A stretch of DNA of 64,000 bases from Burkholderiaceae bacterium (GTDB lineage: Bacteria; Pseudomonadota; Gammaproteobacteria; Burkholderiales; Burkholderiaceae_C), in NCBI GenBank assembly GCA_041396485.1, contig JAWKYM010000011.1, forward strand, positions 10,948 to 74,947. The letters run 5' to 3'. Under the pieces are notes generated by a model. It was not told the DNA's origin. It ran no database searches and saw nothing but the letters and a program-made list of their open reading frames with translations. The position numbers and the translations under genes are program-made. Of the stretch, positions 11,116 through 21,395 are shown piece after piece (the first letter of the stretch is position 1; each line of letters starts with the position of its first letter).

Positions 11116-11988
11116 ATGAAGACCACGCACAGCATCAAGGAGTCCTCGCGCCAGGCCATCATCGACGCCTGGGCCACGCTGCAAGCCCATGCCGAGCGCG
11201 GCGATCCGCTCAGTCCCGACGCCTATCGCCTGGCCTTTGCCGACCCGGAGTTCCTGCTGCGCCCCGAGACGCGCGGCATTCGCTTTCAGCTGGAATTGCT
11301 CAAGCCCGACATGGGCCTGGCCGCGGCTGGCGTGCACAACACGATCGTGGTGTATGGCAGTGCGCGCGTGCTCGACCCCGAGGCTGCCGAGGCGAAGCTG
11401 GCGGCGGCCCGTGCCACGGGCGATGCGGCGACCATCGCCAAGGCCGAGCATGCCCAGAAGGGGGCCCGCTACTACGCGGCGGCGCGCGCGTTCGCCCGTA
11501 TCGTGGCCGAGCACAGCCTGCGCCAGCAACCCGAAGACCGCCTGTTCATCTGCACCGGCGGCGGCCCCGGCGTGATGGAGGCCGCCAACCGCGGCGCCCA
11601 CGACGTGGGCGTGCCCTCGGTGGGCCTGAACATCGGCCTGCCGCACGAGCAGCAGACCAACGCGTACGTCACGCCCTACCTGGCCTTCAAGTTCCACTAC
11701 TTCGCGCTGCGCAAGATGCATTTCATGATGCGCGCCAAGGCGCTGGTGGCGTTTCCGGGGGGGTTTGGCACGCTGGACGAGCTGTTCGAGGTGCTGACCC
11801 TGGTGCAGACGCGCAAGGTCCATCGCGTGCCCATCGTGCTGTTCGGCAAGAGCTACTGGAGCCGCCTGTTCAACCTGGAAATGCTGGTGGAGGAGGGCGC
11901 CATCGCGGCCGAAGACCTGCAGCTGTACGAGCTGGTCGACGAACCCGAAGAGGCGTGGGGCGTCATCCGGCAGTTCTACGACCTGTAG
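11116..11988 (+). CDS. LOG-family (TIGR00730) nucleotide N-glycosidase-like protein
   Basis: GGGPGVMEAANRGA and PGGFGTLDELFEVLTLVQT motifs. The start is ambiguous between the ATGs at 11107 and 11116. Confidence 0.85.
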   Translation: MKTTHSIKESSRQAIIDAWATLQAHAERGDPLSPDAYRLAFADPEFLLRPETRGIRFQLELLKPDMGLAAAGVHNTIVVYGSARVLDPEAAEAKLAAARATGDAATIAKAEHAQKGARYYAAARAFARIVAEHSLRQQPEDRLFICTGGGPGVMEAANRGAHDVGVPSVGLNIGLPHEQQTNAYVTPYLAFKFHYFALRKMHFMMRAKALVAFPGGFGTLDELFEVLTLVQTRKVHRVPIVLFGKSYWSRLFNLEMLVEEGAIAAEDLQLYELVDEPEEAWGVIRQFYDL

Positions 11989-12038
11989 GCAAGCGTCCGC
12001 CGGCCGGCACCGGTCACGCTGGCGGCGGCAAAGGCCGA

Positions 12039-12067
12039 TCGTCACGGTTTTGTCACGGGACTGTCAT
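12039..12067 (+). promoter_or_regulatory. Pho-box array upstream of ppk
   Basis: Three 7-mers at exact 11-bp phasing, TCGTCAC-ggtt-TTGTCAC-ggga-CTGTCAT. A 10-bp gap then a -10-like GACACT. The ppk ATG is 35 bp downstream. Confidence 0.6.
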
Positions 12068-12101
12068 CAAGCCGCGGGACACTCCTTGCGTCTCCCGCGT
12101 C

Positions 12102-14273
12102 ATGACCCATCCCATGCACCAGCAGCCTCTGCCGCCCGATCCGCCTGACCGACACACTCCCGATTTGCCGTCCGAGGCGGCGCCGCCGGCCGCGGCGGAT
12201 CCGGCGCCCGCCGCCTTCGAGCTGCTCGATCGCGACCACAGCATCCTGGCCTTCAACGAACGCGTGCTCGACTGGGCCGAGCGCGACGACGTGCCCTTGC
12301 TCGAGCGCCTGCGCTACCTGTGCATCGTATCGTCCAACCTGGATGAACTGTTCGAGGTGCGGGCTGCGGAGCACCTGATGGCCTCGTCCCCGCCGGGGCC
12401 GCCCGGCGGCGACTCGTTTGCCGCCCTGGCCGGTGCCGTGAAGACGCTGGTGGCGCGCCAGTACACGCTGTACAACGACACGCTGACGCCGGCGCTGGCC
12501 GCGCGCGGCATCCGCATCGTGGGCCATGGCGAACGCACCAAGGCCCAGCGCACCTGGGTGCGCGAGCATTTCGAGCGCCAGGTGCGCCCACTGCTGATTC
12601 CGGTGGGACTGGACCCGGCCCACCCGTTTCCGCAGGTGGCCAACAAGTCGCTCAATTTCATCGTGCGCCTGCGCGGCGGCGACGCCTTCGGGCGCGACAA
12701 CGAAATCGCCATCGTCAAGGTGCCGCGCGCGCTGCCGCGCCTCATGCGCCTGCCGCGCGAGGGGGCGCACGGGGGGCAGTCCTTCGTCAGCCTGTCGAGC
12801 ATCATCCGCGCCCATCTGGAAGAGCTGTTTGCGGGGCGCCAGGTGCTGGAGTTCTCGCAGTTTCGCGTCACGCGCCACTCCGACCTGGCGGTCGATGAGG
12901 AAGACGTGCGCAACCTGCGCACCGCGCTGCGCCAGGGCCTGCAGCAACGTCATTACGGCCAGGCGGTGCGGCTGGAGGTGTCGGCCGGGTGCTCGCCCTT
13001 CCTGGCGGACCTGCTGCAGGCACAGTTTGCCCTGCCCGACGCCGCCGTGATGCGCGTTCCGGGTCCGGTGAACCTGGTGCGGCTGATGCAGTTGGTCGAG
13101 CTGGCGGGCGAAGCCGACCTGCTGTTTCCCCCCTGGCGCCCGGCCTGGCCGCACGCGCTGCCGCGCGCCGGCGGCGTGATGGCGCAGATGCGCCGGCGCG
13201 ACATCCTGATCCACCAGCCCTTCGAGAGCTTCGACGCCGTGCTGGCCTTCCTGCGCGAGGCCGTGAGCGACCCGCAGGTGCTGGCCATCAAGCAGACCGT
13301 CTACCGCACCGGCGCCGATTCCGAGATGATGGAACTGCTGCGCGAGGCCGTGCGCCGCGGCAAGGAAGTGACGGTGGTGCTGGAGCTGAAGGCGCGCTTC
13401 GACGAGGAAGCCAACATCAACTGGGCCGAGGCGCTGGAGTCGATCGGCGCGCAGGTGGTCTACGGCGTGGTGGGCCTCAAGACCCACGCCAAGATGCTGC
13501 TGGTGACGCGCCGCGAAGGCGCGGGCCTGCGCCGCTACGGCCATCTGTCCACCGGCAACTACAACCCGCGCACGGCGCGCCTGTACACCGACCTGAGCCA
13601 CCTGACGGTGGACGAGCGCATCACGGCCGACATGGATGCGGTGTTCGACCACCTGGCCAACCAGAACCGTCGGCCGCGCCTGCAGCGCCTGCTGATGGCG
13701 CCGTTCGACCTGCAGCGCAGCCTGATCGAGAAGATCGACGCCGCCGGCCTGGCGGCCGAGCGCGGCGAGGGCGGACGCATTGTTGCCAAGATGAACGCCC
13801 TGACCGACGAGGACCTGATCGACGCACTGGTGCGCGCCGGCCGGCGCGGCGCGCGCATCGACCTGATCGTGCGCGGGGCCTGCATGCTGCCGGCCGGGCG
13901 GCCCGGCTGGACCGACAACATCCGCGTGCGCTCGGTCATCGGGCGCTTTCTGGAGCACACTCGGGTGTTCTACTTCGGCGTGGGCAAGCGCGATGAGCTG
14001 TACCTGGCCAGCGCTGACTGGATGAACCGCAACATGCTGCGTCGGGTCGAGCTGGCCTGGCCGGTGACCGACAAGCGCCTGCGCCAGCGCATCATCAACG
14101 AGTGCCTGGTGGCCTATCTGCACGACGACCGCGATGCCTGGACGCTGCAGCCCGACGGCCGCTATGCCCGCGCGCCCCGCGTGCTGGACGGCCATGGCGC
14201 GCAGCAGGCGCTGATGGCGCGCTACGCCGCGCAGCCGAGCGAGCCCAAGAAGCGGGCCCGGGCATGGACCTGA
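12102..14273 (+). CDS. ppk: polyphosphate kinase 1
   Basis: 723 aa from the ATG at 12102 (track ORF 11043..14273 extends spuriously upstream). SILAFNERVL, RLRYLCIVSSNLDELFEVR, two PLD-like HKD regions (GLKTHAKMLLV, FLEHTRVFYF). Confidence 0.95.
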   Translation: MTHPMHQQPLPPDPPDRHTPDLPSEAAPPAAADPAPAAFELLDRDHSILAFNERVLDWAERDDVPLLERLRYLCIVSSNLDELFEVRAAEHLMASSPPGPPGGDSFAALAGAVKTLVARQYTLYNDTLTPALAARGIRIVGHGERTKAQRTWVREHFERQVRPLLIPVGLDPAHPFPQVANKSLNFIVRLRGGDAFGRDNEIAIVKVPRALPRLMRLPREGAHGGQSFVSLSSIIRAHLEELFAGRQVLEFSQFRVTRHSDLAVDEEDVRNLRTALRQGLQQRHYGQAVRLEVSAGCSPFLADLLQAQFALPDAAVMRVPGPVNLVRLMQLVELAGEADLLFPPWRPAWPHALPRAGGVMAQMRRRDILIHQPFESFDAVLAFLREAVSDPQVLAIKQTVYRTGADSEMMELLREAVRRGKEVTVVLELKARFDEEANINWAEALESIGAQVVYGVVGLKTHAKMLLVTRREGAGLRRYGHLSTGNYNPRTARLYTDLSHLTVDERITADMDAVFDHLANQNRRPRLQRLLMAPFDLQRSLIEKIDAAGLAAERGEGGRIVAKMNALTDEDLIDALVRAGRRGARIDLIVRGACMLPAGRPGWTDNIRVRSVIGRFLEHTRVFYFGVGKRDELYLASADWMNRNMLRRVELAWPVTDKRLRQRIINECLVAYLHDDRDAWTLQPDGRYARAPRVLDGHGAQQALMARYAAQPSEPKKRARAWT

Positions 14274-14725
14274 TCCTGTGGCGCCACGCCGAGGCCGAGG
14301 AGCCTGGTGAAGGCGCCGACGATCTGCAACGCCCCCTGACCCCGCGCGGCCAGCGCCAGGCCACGCGCATGGCGGCCTGGCTCGATCGCCAGTTGCCGGA
14401 CGGCTTGCGCGTGCTGGTCAGCCCAGCCGTGCGCACGCAGCAGACGGCGCAGGCGCTGGGGCGCAAGTTCAAGCTGCGTGACGAGCTGGCACCGGTGGCC
14501 ACGCCGGATGACCTGCTGGCGGTCGTGCAGTGGCCGCGTGGCCGCGGCACGGTGCTGGTGGTGGGCCACCAGCCCGTGCTGGGGCAGGCGGCGGCGCGCC
14601 TGCTGGGCATGGCCGGGCCCGACTGCGCCATCCGCAAAGGCGCCGTGTGGTGGCTGCGCCAGCGCGAGCGCCAGGGCGTGAGCGAGACCGTGCTGCTGGC
14701 CGTGCAGGCGCCCGATCTGCTGTAG
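14264..14725 (+). CDS. sixA: phosphohistidine phosphatase SixA-like
   Basis: 153 aa, MDLILWRHAEAE...RPLTPRGQRQA...LVSPAVRTQQTA...VVGHQP (histidine phosphatase RHG fold). The ATG overlaps the ppk stop by 10 nt. Confidence 0.8.
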   Translation: MDLILWRHAEAEEPGEGADDLQRPLTPRGQRQATRMAAWLDRQLPDGLRVLVSPAVRTQQTAQALGRKFKLRDELAPVATPDDLLAVVQWPRGRGTVLVVGHQPVLGQAAARLLGMAGPDCAIRKGAVWWLRQRERQGVSETVLLAVQAPDLL

Positions 14726-14736
14726 CGCCCGGCGGT

Positions 14737-16215
14737 TCAAGCCTCGACGACGGCGTAGTCCCAGGGCGTGCGCGCCCAGGCCTGGCTCTCCTCGCGCAGC
14801 AGATGCGCCGATTGCGGGTAGGACTGGGCCCAGCCGGCGCGGGTGTGCACGGTGCAGCGCCGGTCCTGCAGCGTCAGCGTGAGGCCGGCCACGTCCGGGT
14901 CGCGCCGCGCGTGGCACAAGGCCAGGGCGGTGCGCAGGCACATCAGTTGCAGCGCAAAGCCGGCGTCCTCCAGTGGGCCCGCCAGCTTGCGCAACTTGCC
15001 CCGCTGGCCCAGCACCAGCAAGCCCAGGCGCTGCAACTCGGGCAGGGCAAAGCCGGGGGCGTCGGTGTGCTCGAGGATGTAGGCGCCGTGCTGGTGGTGG
15101 TCGCTGTGCGCGATGCGCCGGCCGATCTCGTGCAGCTGCGCCGCCCAGCCCAGCTTGCGCGCGGCGCGCTCGCCGCCCGCGCAAGCGGCCTGCGTGAACA
15201 GCGCCACGGCCACGCGGGCGACGCGCTCGGCTTGCACTTCGTCAACCGCAAAGCGGCGCATCAGGGCCCGCACGCTGGCGCTGCGCAGGTCGGTGCCAGG
15301 TTGCTCGCGATCGAGCATTTCGTACAACGCGCCCTGGCGCAGCGCACCCTGGGCCACGGTCATGCGCTCGATGCCCAGTTGCGTGAAGACGGCGCGCAGG
15401 ATGCTGAGGCCGCCGCCGATCACCGCCCGCCGGTCGTCCTTGAGCCCCTCCAGGCGCAGGCGATCGACGTGGCGTGCGCGCAGCAGCTGCTCCTGCAGCC
15501 AGGCCAGGCCCCCGCGCGTGATCACGCCCTGGTGCCCGAGCACCGGTGCCAGCGCGGAGCCGGCGGCGCCCACCGTGCCCGAGGAGCCATAGGCCACGTC
15601 CCAGCTGCTGCGCGGAAATTGCGTCATGACCTCGTCGAGCACCGCCTGGGCGGCCAGCTCGGCGGCGTCGAAGGCGGCGCGCGTGAAGGCTCCGTCGGCG
15701 AAGTACCGGGTTGACCAGGCCACGCTGCCGATGCGGCAGGAGGTGGCGGCGGCGGGCGTGAAGCCTTGGCCGACGATGAGCTCGGTCGAACGCCCGCCGA
15801 TGTCCACCACCAGGCGCCGCTCGTCGGACTGGGGCAGCATGCGCGCCACCCCCTTGTAGATCAGGCGCGCTTCTTCCAGGCCCGAGACCACCTCGATCGG
15901 AAAACCCAGAATGGCGCTGCCGCGCGCGATGAAGGCCTCGCGGTTGCGCGCCTCGCGCAGCGTCTGCGTGGCCACCGCGCGCACCTGGGGCCGGGCGAAA
16001 CCCGCCAGGCGCTCGGCAAAGCGGGCCAGGCAATCCCAGCCGCGCTGCATGGCTTCGGGCGTCAGCTCGTGCTTGTCGTCCAGGCCGGCGCCCTGGCGCA
16101 CGGTTTCCTTGAGATATTCGACGCGCTGGATCTGGCCGTGCTCCAGGCGGCCGATTTCCAGGCGAAAGCTGTTGGATCCCAGATCCACGGCAGCCAGCAA
16201 TGTGCCGTCTTGCAT
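14737..16215 (-). CDS. ppx: exopolyphosphatase
   Basis: 492 aa from the ATG at 16213-16215, MQDGTLLAAVDLGSNSFRLEIGR...VVDIGGRSTELI (Ppx/GppA ASKHA fold). The upstream part of track ORF 14737..17454 overlaps the next gene out of frame and is not coding. Confidence 0.92.
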   Translation of the reverse strand: MQDGTLLAAVDLGSNSFRLEIGRLEHGQIQRVEYLKETVRQGAGLDDKHELTPEAMQRGWDCLARFAERLAGFARPQVRAVATQTLREARNREAFIARGSAILGFPIEVVSGLEEARLIYKGVARMLPQSDERRLVVDIGGRSTELIVGQGFTPAAATSCRIGSVAWSTRYFADGAFTRAAFDAAELAAQAVLDEVMTQFPRSSWDVAYGSSGTVGAAGSALAPVLGHQGVITRGGLAWLQEQLLRARHVDRLRLEGLKDDRRAVIGGGLSILRAVFTQLGIERMTVAQGALRQGALYEMLDREQPGTDLRSASVRALMRRFAVDEVQAERVARVAVALFTQAACAGGERAARKLGWAAQLHEIGRRIAHSDHHQHGAYILEHTDAPGFALPELQRLGLLVLGQRGKLRKLAGPLEDAGFALQLMCLRTALALCHARRDPDVAGLTLTLQDRRCTVHTRAGWAQSYPQSAHLLREESQAWARTPWDYAVVEA

Positions 16216-16295
16216 GAAGGTTTGCGCCCGTCGGGTTGGTGAAAGCGGCGCAGCATAGCACCGGCCCATGCGTCCATCTCGGATCGCTGGCACGC

Positions 16296-17381
16296 TCAGC
16301 CGACGATGCGTCCATCGGCCGTGAGCATGGCCTGGGTGACCAGGCCCGCCACCAGTTCGCGCCCCTGGTAGCGCACCGCGTAGCCGCCCAGGGAGCTGGC
16401 GTTGCGCCGGCGGCACGCGGCCAGCATGCTCGCGCGCGTGATCGGCCCCGGCACGCCGGCCAGCAGTTCGGCGGTATGGCGCGCGGCGATGAAGCCGGCC
16501 AGCCCTTGCGGCGTGGGGGCTTCGTCGTACCAGCGGGCCAGGGCCGCGCGGTAGGCGCGCACCACCGGCAGGCTGCTGCCCACCATCGGCACCGGCTGCG
16601 TGGCGATGACCGAGACACCGCGCGGCAGGCGGCCCAGCTGGGTCAGCACCTGCAGGTTGACATCGGCCAGGGCGACCACGTAGCACTGGCGCCCGGCGGG
16701 CAGGCGCAACTGGCCGATAAAGCCGTGCAGCTCCGGCGTGGCGCCGGCAAACAGCACCATGAGCGGCGGCTGATTGGCCTGCGTGGCGTGCAGCTGCAGG
16801 CCGTTGGCCTGTGCGGCCTGGGCCAGGCTGCGCTCCCATTGCTGGCGCAGGGCCGGGCTGCCGAACACCACGCCAGCCTGCCGGATGCCCATCTGGCCCA
16901 GCGAGCGCAGCGCGTGCTCGATTTGCGCCTGGTAACCGGCAAAGATCGGGAACACGCCATCGTGGCTGTCCTGCCAGGGCCGCATCAGCCACGGCGCCAC
17001 GTGCGCCAGCGTCGGCGCCTCGGCCTGCAGCGCGGCCACGGTGGCGGCGACGCCATCGCCCACGCAGCCCGACAGCGCCACGCAACCGGGTTGCGCCAGC
17101 GCCGTTTGCCACGCCTGGCGCAGCTCGGCGCTGCGGCCCTGGGTGGCCAGCACCAGGTGCTGCACGCGCTGGCCGCGCACGCCGCCATCGGCATTGACGG
17201 CGGCCCAGGCGGCCCGCGCGCCGACGGCGAAGTCGCGGCTCACGTCGTGTTGCTCGGGGGACTCGTCGATGATCTGGGCCACGGTGAGTGCGGCGCTGTC
17301 CTGTGCTTGGGCGGGCAGCAGCGGCAGCGTGCAGACGGCGGCACCGGCGCGCAAGGCGGCGCGGCGCGAGAAAACGGGCAT
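16296..17381 (-). CDS. orphan type-1 periplasmic binding protein (LivK/ABC substrate-binding-like) with Tat-like signal
   Basis: 361 aa. SRRAALRAGAAVCTLPLLPAQA signal, then DFAVGARAAWAAVNADGGVRGQRV..., a pattern typical of Burkholderiales PBP1 proteins. No permease or ATPase genes are adjacent. Confidence 0.7.
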   Translation of the reverse strand: MPVFSRRAALRAGAAVCTLPLLPAQAQDSAALTVAQIIDESPEQHDVSRDFAVGARAAWAAVNADGGVRGQRVQHLVLATQGRSAELRQAWQTALAQPGCVALSGCVGDGVAATVAALQAEAPTLAHVAPWLMRPWQDSHDGVFPIFAGYQAQIEHALRSLGQMGIRQAGVVFGSPALRQQWERSLAQAAQANGLQLHATQANQPPLMVLFAGATPELHGFIGQLRLPAGRQCYVVALADVNLQVLTQLGRLPRGVSVIATQPVPMVGSSLPVVRAYRAALARWYDEAPTPQGLAGFIAARHTAELLAGVPGPITRASMLAACRRRNASSLGGYAVRYQGRELVAGLVTQAMLTADGRIVG

Positions 17382-17454
17382 GGCGTGAGGAAGGAGAAGG
17401 TGAAGCCAACGAACGGCCTGCAGGACAGGCGGGGCGCCAGCCTACGCGGCCCAT

Positions 17455-17472
17455 GTGGCAAACGTGTGACAG
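17455..17472 (-). promoter_or_regulatory. Pho box facing the binding-protein/ppx unit
   Basis: The minus strand reads CTGTCAC-acgt-TTGCCAC, then a 10-nt gap and TAGGCT. Lies 74-91 nt upstream of the 17381 start. Confidence 0.5.
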
Positions 17473-17514
17473 CCTGGTACCGGCCCGTGACGGCGCGGCG
17501 ACCGCCGAATTGGA

Positions 17515-17548
17515 CTGTCACGACGATGTCACAAACGCCTCCTACATT
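17515..17548 (+). promoter_or_regulatory. pstS promoter: Pho box plus -10
   Basis: CTGTCAC-gacg-ATGTCAC (17515-17532), a 10-nt gap, then TACATT (17543-17548). The pstS ATG is at 17584. Confidence 0.7.
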
Positions 17549-17583
17549 GACCGTACTGAACTTTCCAACCACGAGGTTTTCTC

Positions 17584-18621
17584 ATGAAACTGTCTGCGAT
17601 TCGGATTTTGGTGTCGGGTGTGCTGGCTTGTGGGGCCCTGTCGGCCGCGTGGGCTCAGGAGGCCACCGGCGCGGGGGCCAGCTTTCCGGCGCCGCTGTAC
17701 GCCAAATGGGCGGCCGACTACAACAAGGCCACGGGCGTGAAGATCAATTACCAGTCGGTCGGTTCGGGTGCCGGCCTGAAGCAGATTGAAGCCAAGACGG
17801 TGGACTTTGGCGCCTCCGACGAGCCGCTGACCGATGAAGACCTGGCCAAGAAGGGCCTGGTGCAGTTCCCGACCGTGATCGGCGGCATCGTGCCGGTAGT
17901 CAACATCCAGGGCGTGGCGCCCGGCCAGCTCAAGCTCAGCGGCGCGCTGCTGGCCGACATCTACCTCGGCAAGATCACCAAGTGGAACGATCCGGCCATC
18001 GTGGCGCTGAATGCCGGTGTCAAGCTGCCCGACGCCACCATCGCCCCGGTGCGCCGCGCCGACGGCTCGGGCACCACCTTCGGCTTCACCAACTACCTGT
18101 CCAAGGTCAGTTCCGAGTGGAAAGACAAGGTGGGCGAGGGCAAGGCGGTGAACTGGCCGCTGGGCGCCGGCGGCAAGGGCAACGAGGGCGTGGCCGCCTT
18201 CGTGGGCCGCCTGGCCAACTCGATTGGCTACGTCGAATACGCCTACGTCAAGCAAAACAAGCTGAACTACGCGCAGCTGCAAAACAGCGCCGGCCACTTT
18301 GTCTCCCCCGACGAGGCCAGCTTCAAGGCCGCTGCGGCGGGTGCCGACTGGGCCAAGAGCTTTCACCAGATTCTCACCAACCAGCCGGGCAAGGATGCCT
18401 GGCCCATCACCTCGGCTACCTTCATCCTGATGCACAAGGTGCAGGACAAGCCGCAGCAGGCCGCCACCGTGCTGAAGTTCTTCGACTGGGCCTACTCCTC
18501 GGGCGACCAGACGGCGAGCGAGCTGGACTACGTGGCCATGCCCAAGTCGGTCGAGGCGGTGATCACCAAGTCCTGGTCCGAAATCAAGGACGGCGCGGGC
18601 AAGCCCATCGCCTTGAAGTAA
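17584..18621 (+). CDS. pstS: phosphate ABC transporter substrate-binding protein
   Basis: 345 aa. Signal peptide, then [15 protein letters not shown]...[12 protein letters not shown]...RADGSGTTF. Confidence 0.95.
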   Translation: MKLSAIRILVSGVLACGALSAAWAQEATGAGASFPAPLYAKWAADYNKATGVKINYQSVGSGAGLKQIEAKTVDFGASDEPLTDEDLAKKGLVQFPTVIGGIVPVVNIQGVAPGQLKLSGALLADIYLGKITKWNDPAIVALNAGVKLPDATIAPVRRADGSGTTFGFTNYLSKVSSEWKDKVGEGKAVNWPLGAGGKGNEGVAAFVGRLANSIGYVEYAYVKQNKLNYAQLQNSAGHFVSPDEASFKAAAAGADWAKSFHQILTNQPGKDAWPITSATFILMHKVQDKPQQAATVLKFFDWAYSSGDQTASELDYVAMPKSVEAVITKSWSEIKDGAGKPIALK

Positions 18622-18694
18622 TCTTGCATCATTGCAAACCGCGGCGGCCTGGCCCGTGGGGCAGGCCGCCGGCCCTGACCAATCTTTCGGGCTC

Positions 18695-19720
18695 ATGCCA
18701 GTGAATCCACCTACGCTTGCACAAGAGGCGCTGCCTTTGCCTGCCGGTGCCGTCCACCGTCCGGTGCCACCGCGGCCGTCGCGGCCCACCGCGCTGCTGG
18801 CCGACCGCCTGTTCGCCCTTCTGGCGCGCGCTGCGGCCCTGGTGACCCTGGCCCTGTTGTTGGGCATCCTGGCCGCGCTGGTGCATGGCGCCTGGCCCGC
18901 CATCGAGCGCTACGGCCTGGGCTTTCTGGTGCGCAGCCAGTGGGATCCGGTGCAGAACGAGTACGGCGGCCTGGTGATGATCTACGGCACGCTGGCAACG
19001 TCGGCGATCGCCCTGCTGATCGCGGTGCCGGTGAGTTTCGGCATTGCGCTGTTTCTCACCGAGCTCTCACCCGCCTGGCTCAAGCGCCCGTTGGGCACGG
19101 CCATCGAGTTGCTGGCGGCCGTGCCTTCCATCGTCTATGGCATGTGGGGGCTGATGGTGTTCGGCCCCATCCTGGCCACCTGGGTGCAGCAGCCCCTGCA
19201 GGCGCTGTTTGCCGGCGTGCCGTATCTCGGTGCGCTGGTGTCCGGCCCGCCGGTGGGCATCGGCATCCTGTCGGCCGGCATCATCCTGGCGATCATGGTG
19301 ATCCCGTTCATCGCCTCGGTCATGCGCGACGTGTTCGAGGTGACCCCGGCGCTGCTCAAGGAGTCGGCCTACGGCCTGGGCGCGACCACCTGGGAAGTGG
19401 TCTGGAAGGTGGTTCTGCCCTACACCAAGACCGGCGTGCTGGGCGGCATCATGCTGGGCCTGGGTCGGGCGCTGGGCGAGACCATGGCGGTCACCTTCGT
19501 CATCGGCAACATGAACCAGCTGGGTTCGCTCTCGCTGTTCGAGGCGGCCAACAGCATCACCTCGGCCCTGGCCAACGAGTTTGCCGAGGCCGGCGAGGGC
19601 TTGCACCAGGCCTCGCTGATGTACCTGGGCCTGGTGCTGTTTTTCATCACCTTCGTGGTGCTGGCGCTGTCCAAGCTGCTGCTGGGACGCTTGAAGAAGG
19701 CCGAGGGAGGGCGGGCATGA
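18695..19720 (+). CDS. pstC: phosphate ABC transporter permease PstC
   Basis: 341 aa from the ATG at 18695 (the track ORF begins at a TTG at 18632). Multi-pass protein with an EAAxxxG-type loop ([13 protein letters not shown]). Confidence 0.92.
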   Translation: MPVNPPTLAQEALPLPAGAVHRPVPPRPSRPTALLADRLFALLARAAALVTLALLLGILAALVHGAWPAIERYGLGFLVRSQWDPVQNEYGGLVMIYGTLATSAIALLIAVPVSFGIALFLTELSPAWLKRPLGTAIELLAAVPSIVYGMWGLMVFGPILATWVQQPLQALFAGVPYLGALVSGPPVGIGILSAGIILAIMVIPFIASVMRDVFEVTPALLKESAYGLGATTWEVVWKVVLPYTKTGVLGGIMLGLGRALGETMAVTFVIGNMNQLGSLSLFEAANSITSALANEFAEAGEGLHQASLMYLGLVLFFITFVVLALSKLLLGRLKKAEGGRA

Positions 19721-20595
19721 CGACGACTCAACAAGCGGCCGCCGCGCAAGGGGCACCGGCGCGCCAGTCGCGCTACGCCGCCCGCAAGCGCGTCAACCGG
19801 GTGGCGCTGTCGCTGTCGCTGGCCGCCATGGCCTTTGGCGTGTTCTGGCTGGTGTGGATCCTGTGGGAGACGCTGCGCCTGGGACTGGGGGGCATGTCGC
19901 TGGCGCTGTTCACCGACATGACGCCGCCGCCCAACGAGGTCGGCGGGCTGGCCAACGCCATCTACGGCTCGCTGGTGATGGTGGCGATGGCCACTTTCAT
20001 CGGCACGCCGGTGGGCATCATGGCCGGCGTCTATCTGGCCGAGTACGACCCGCGCGGCTGGCTGGCGGGCATCACGCGTTTCGTCAACGACATCCTGCTG
20101 TCGGCGCCCTCCATCGTGATCGGCTTGTTCGTCTATGCAGTGGTGGTGGCGCAGTTCAAGAGCTTTTCGGCCTGGGCCGGCATCGTGGCCCTGGCGCTGA
20201 TCGTGATTCCGGTGGTCATTCGAACGACCGAGAACATGCTGAGCCTGGTGCCCGCCAGCCTGCGCGAGGCGGCCTATGCCCTGGGCACGCCCAAATGGCG
20301 CGTCATCACCCTCATCACGCTGCGCGCGGCGAGTTCGGGCGTCATTACCGGCGTGCTGCTGGCGGTGGCCCGCATTGCCGGCGAGACGGCGCCGCTCTTG
20401 TTTACCGCGCTGAACAACCAGTTCTGGAACGGCGACCTGGCCAAGCCCATGGCCAGCCTGCCGGTGACCATCTTCAAATTTGCCATGAGCCCCTACGAGA
20501 ACTGGCAGCAGCTGGCGTGGGCTGCGGTGTTTCTCATCACCCTGGCGGTGCTCGGCCTCAACATCCTGGCGCGCGTGCTGACGCGCCAAAAATAA
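19717..20595 (+). CDS. pstA: phosphate ABC transporter permease PstA
   Basis: 292 aa. The ATG overlaps the pstC stop (ATGA). [14 protein letters not shown] permease loop. Confidence 0.92.
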   Translation: MTTTQQAAAAQGAPARQSRYAARKRVNRVALSLSLAAMAFGVFWLVWILWETLRLGLGGMSLALFTDMTPPPNEVGGLANAIYGSLVMVAMATFIGTPVGIMAGVYLAEYDPRGWLAGITRFVNDILLSAPSIVIGLFVYAVVVAQFKSFSAWAGIVALALIVIPVVIRTTENMLSLVPASLREAAYALGTPKWRVITLITLRAASSGVITGVLLAVARIAGETAPLLFTALNNQFWNGDLAKPMASLPVTIFKFAMSPYENWQQLAWAAVFLITLAVLGLNILARVLTRQK

Positions 20596-20607
20596 GGAAG
20601 GCGCTTC

Positions 20608-21384
20608 ATGTCCGTCATTTCACCCATGCCGACCGCCAAGCTGGCGGCGCGCGACCTCAATTTCTACTACGGCAAGTTCCATGCCCTCAAGGGCATCAAC
20701 CTGGACATTCCCGAAAACAAGGTCACGGCCTTCATCGGCCCTTCGGGCTGCGGCAAGTCCACGCTGCTGCGCACCTTCAACCGCATGTTCGAGCTGTACC
20801 CCGAGCAGCGGGCGCAGGGCCAGATCCTGCTGGACGGCGACGACCTGCTGGCCAGCCGCCAGGACGTGGCGCTGATCCGCGCCAAGGTCGGCATGGTGTT
20901 CCAGAAGCCCACGCCGTTTCCCATGTCGATCTACGACAACATCGCCTTTGGCGTGAAGCTGTTCGAGAGCCTGAACGCCACCGACATGGACGAGCGGGTG
21001 GAATGGGCGCTGAAGAAGGCCGCGCTGTGGAACGAGGTCAAGGACAAGCTGAACCAGAGCGGTGCGGGCCTGTCGGGCGGTCAGCAGCAGCGCCTGTGCA
21101 TTGCGCGCGGCATCGCCATCAAGCCCGAGGTGCTGCTGCTGGACGAGCCCTGCTCGGCGCTGGACCCGATCTCCACCGCCAAGATCGAGGAGCTGATTGC
21201 CGAGCTCAAGGACGAATACACGGTGGTCATCGTCACGCACAACATGCAGCAGGCCGCGCGCTGCAGCGACTACACGGCCTACATGTACCTGGGCGACCTG
21301 GTGGAATTTGGCGCCACCGAGCAGATGTTCTTCAAGCCGCAGCGCAAGGAGACGGAAGACTACATCACGGGCCGTTTCGGCTGA
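20608..21384 (+). CDS. pstB: phosphate ABC transporter ATP-binding protein
   Basis: 258 aa. Walker [10 protein letters not shown], signature LSGGQQQRL, Walker B LLLDEP. Confidence 0.96.
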   Translation: MSVISPMPTAKLAARDLNFYYGKFHALKGINLDIPENKVTAFIGPSGCGKSTLLRTFNRMFELYPEQRAQGQILLDGDDLLASRQDVALIRAKVGMVFQKPTPFPMSIYDNIAFGVKLFESLNATDMDERVEWALKKAALWNEVKDKLNQSGAGLSGGQQQRLCIARGIAIKPEVLLLDEPCSALDPISTAKIEELIAELKDEYTVVIVTHNMQQAARCSDYTAYMYLGDLVEFGATEQMFFKPQRKETEDYITGRFG

Positions 21385-21395
21385 GGGCACACACC

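Noticed and set aside
16216-17454. N-terminal 413 aa of the 905-aa track ORF 14737..17454, and similarly the upstream extensions of ppk (11043..12101), phoU (19854..21395) and the 63318 gene (61746..63317).
   Set aside because: The extensions overlap well-supported genes in other frames and have low-complexity composition. Conserved N-termini (for example MQDGTLLAAVDLGSNSFRLE for Ppx) begin at internal ATGs.
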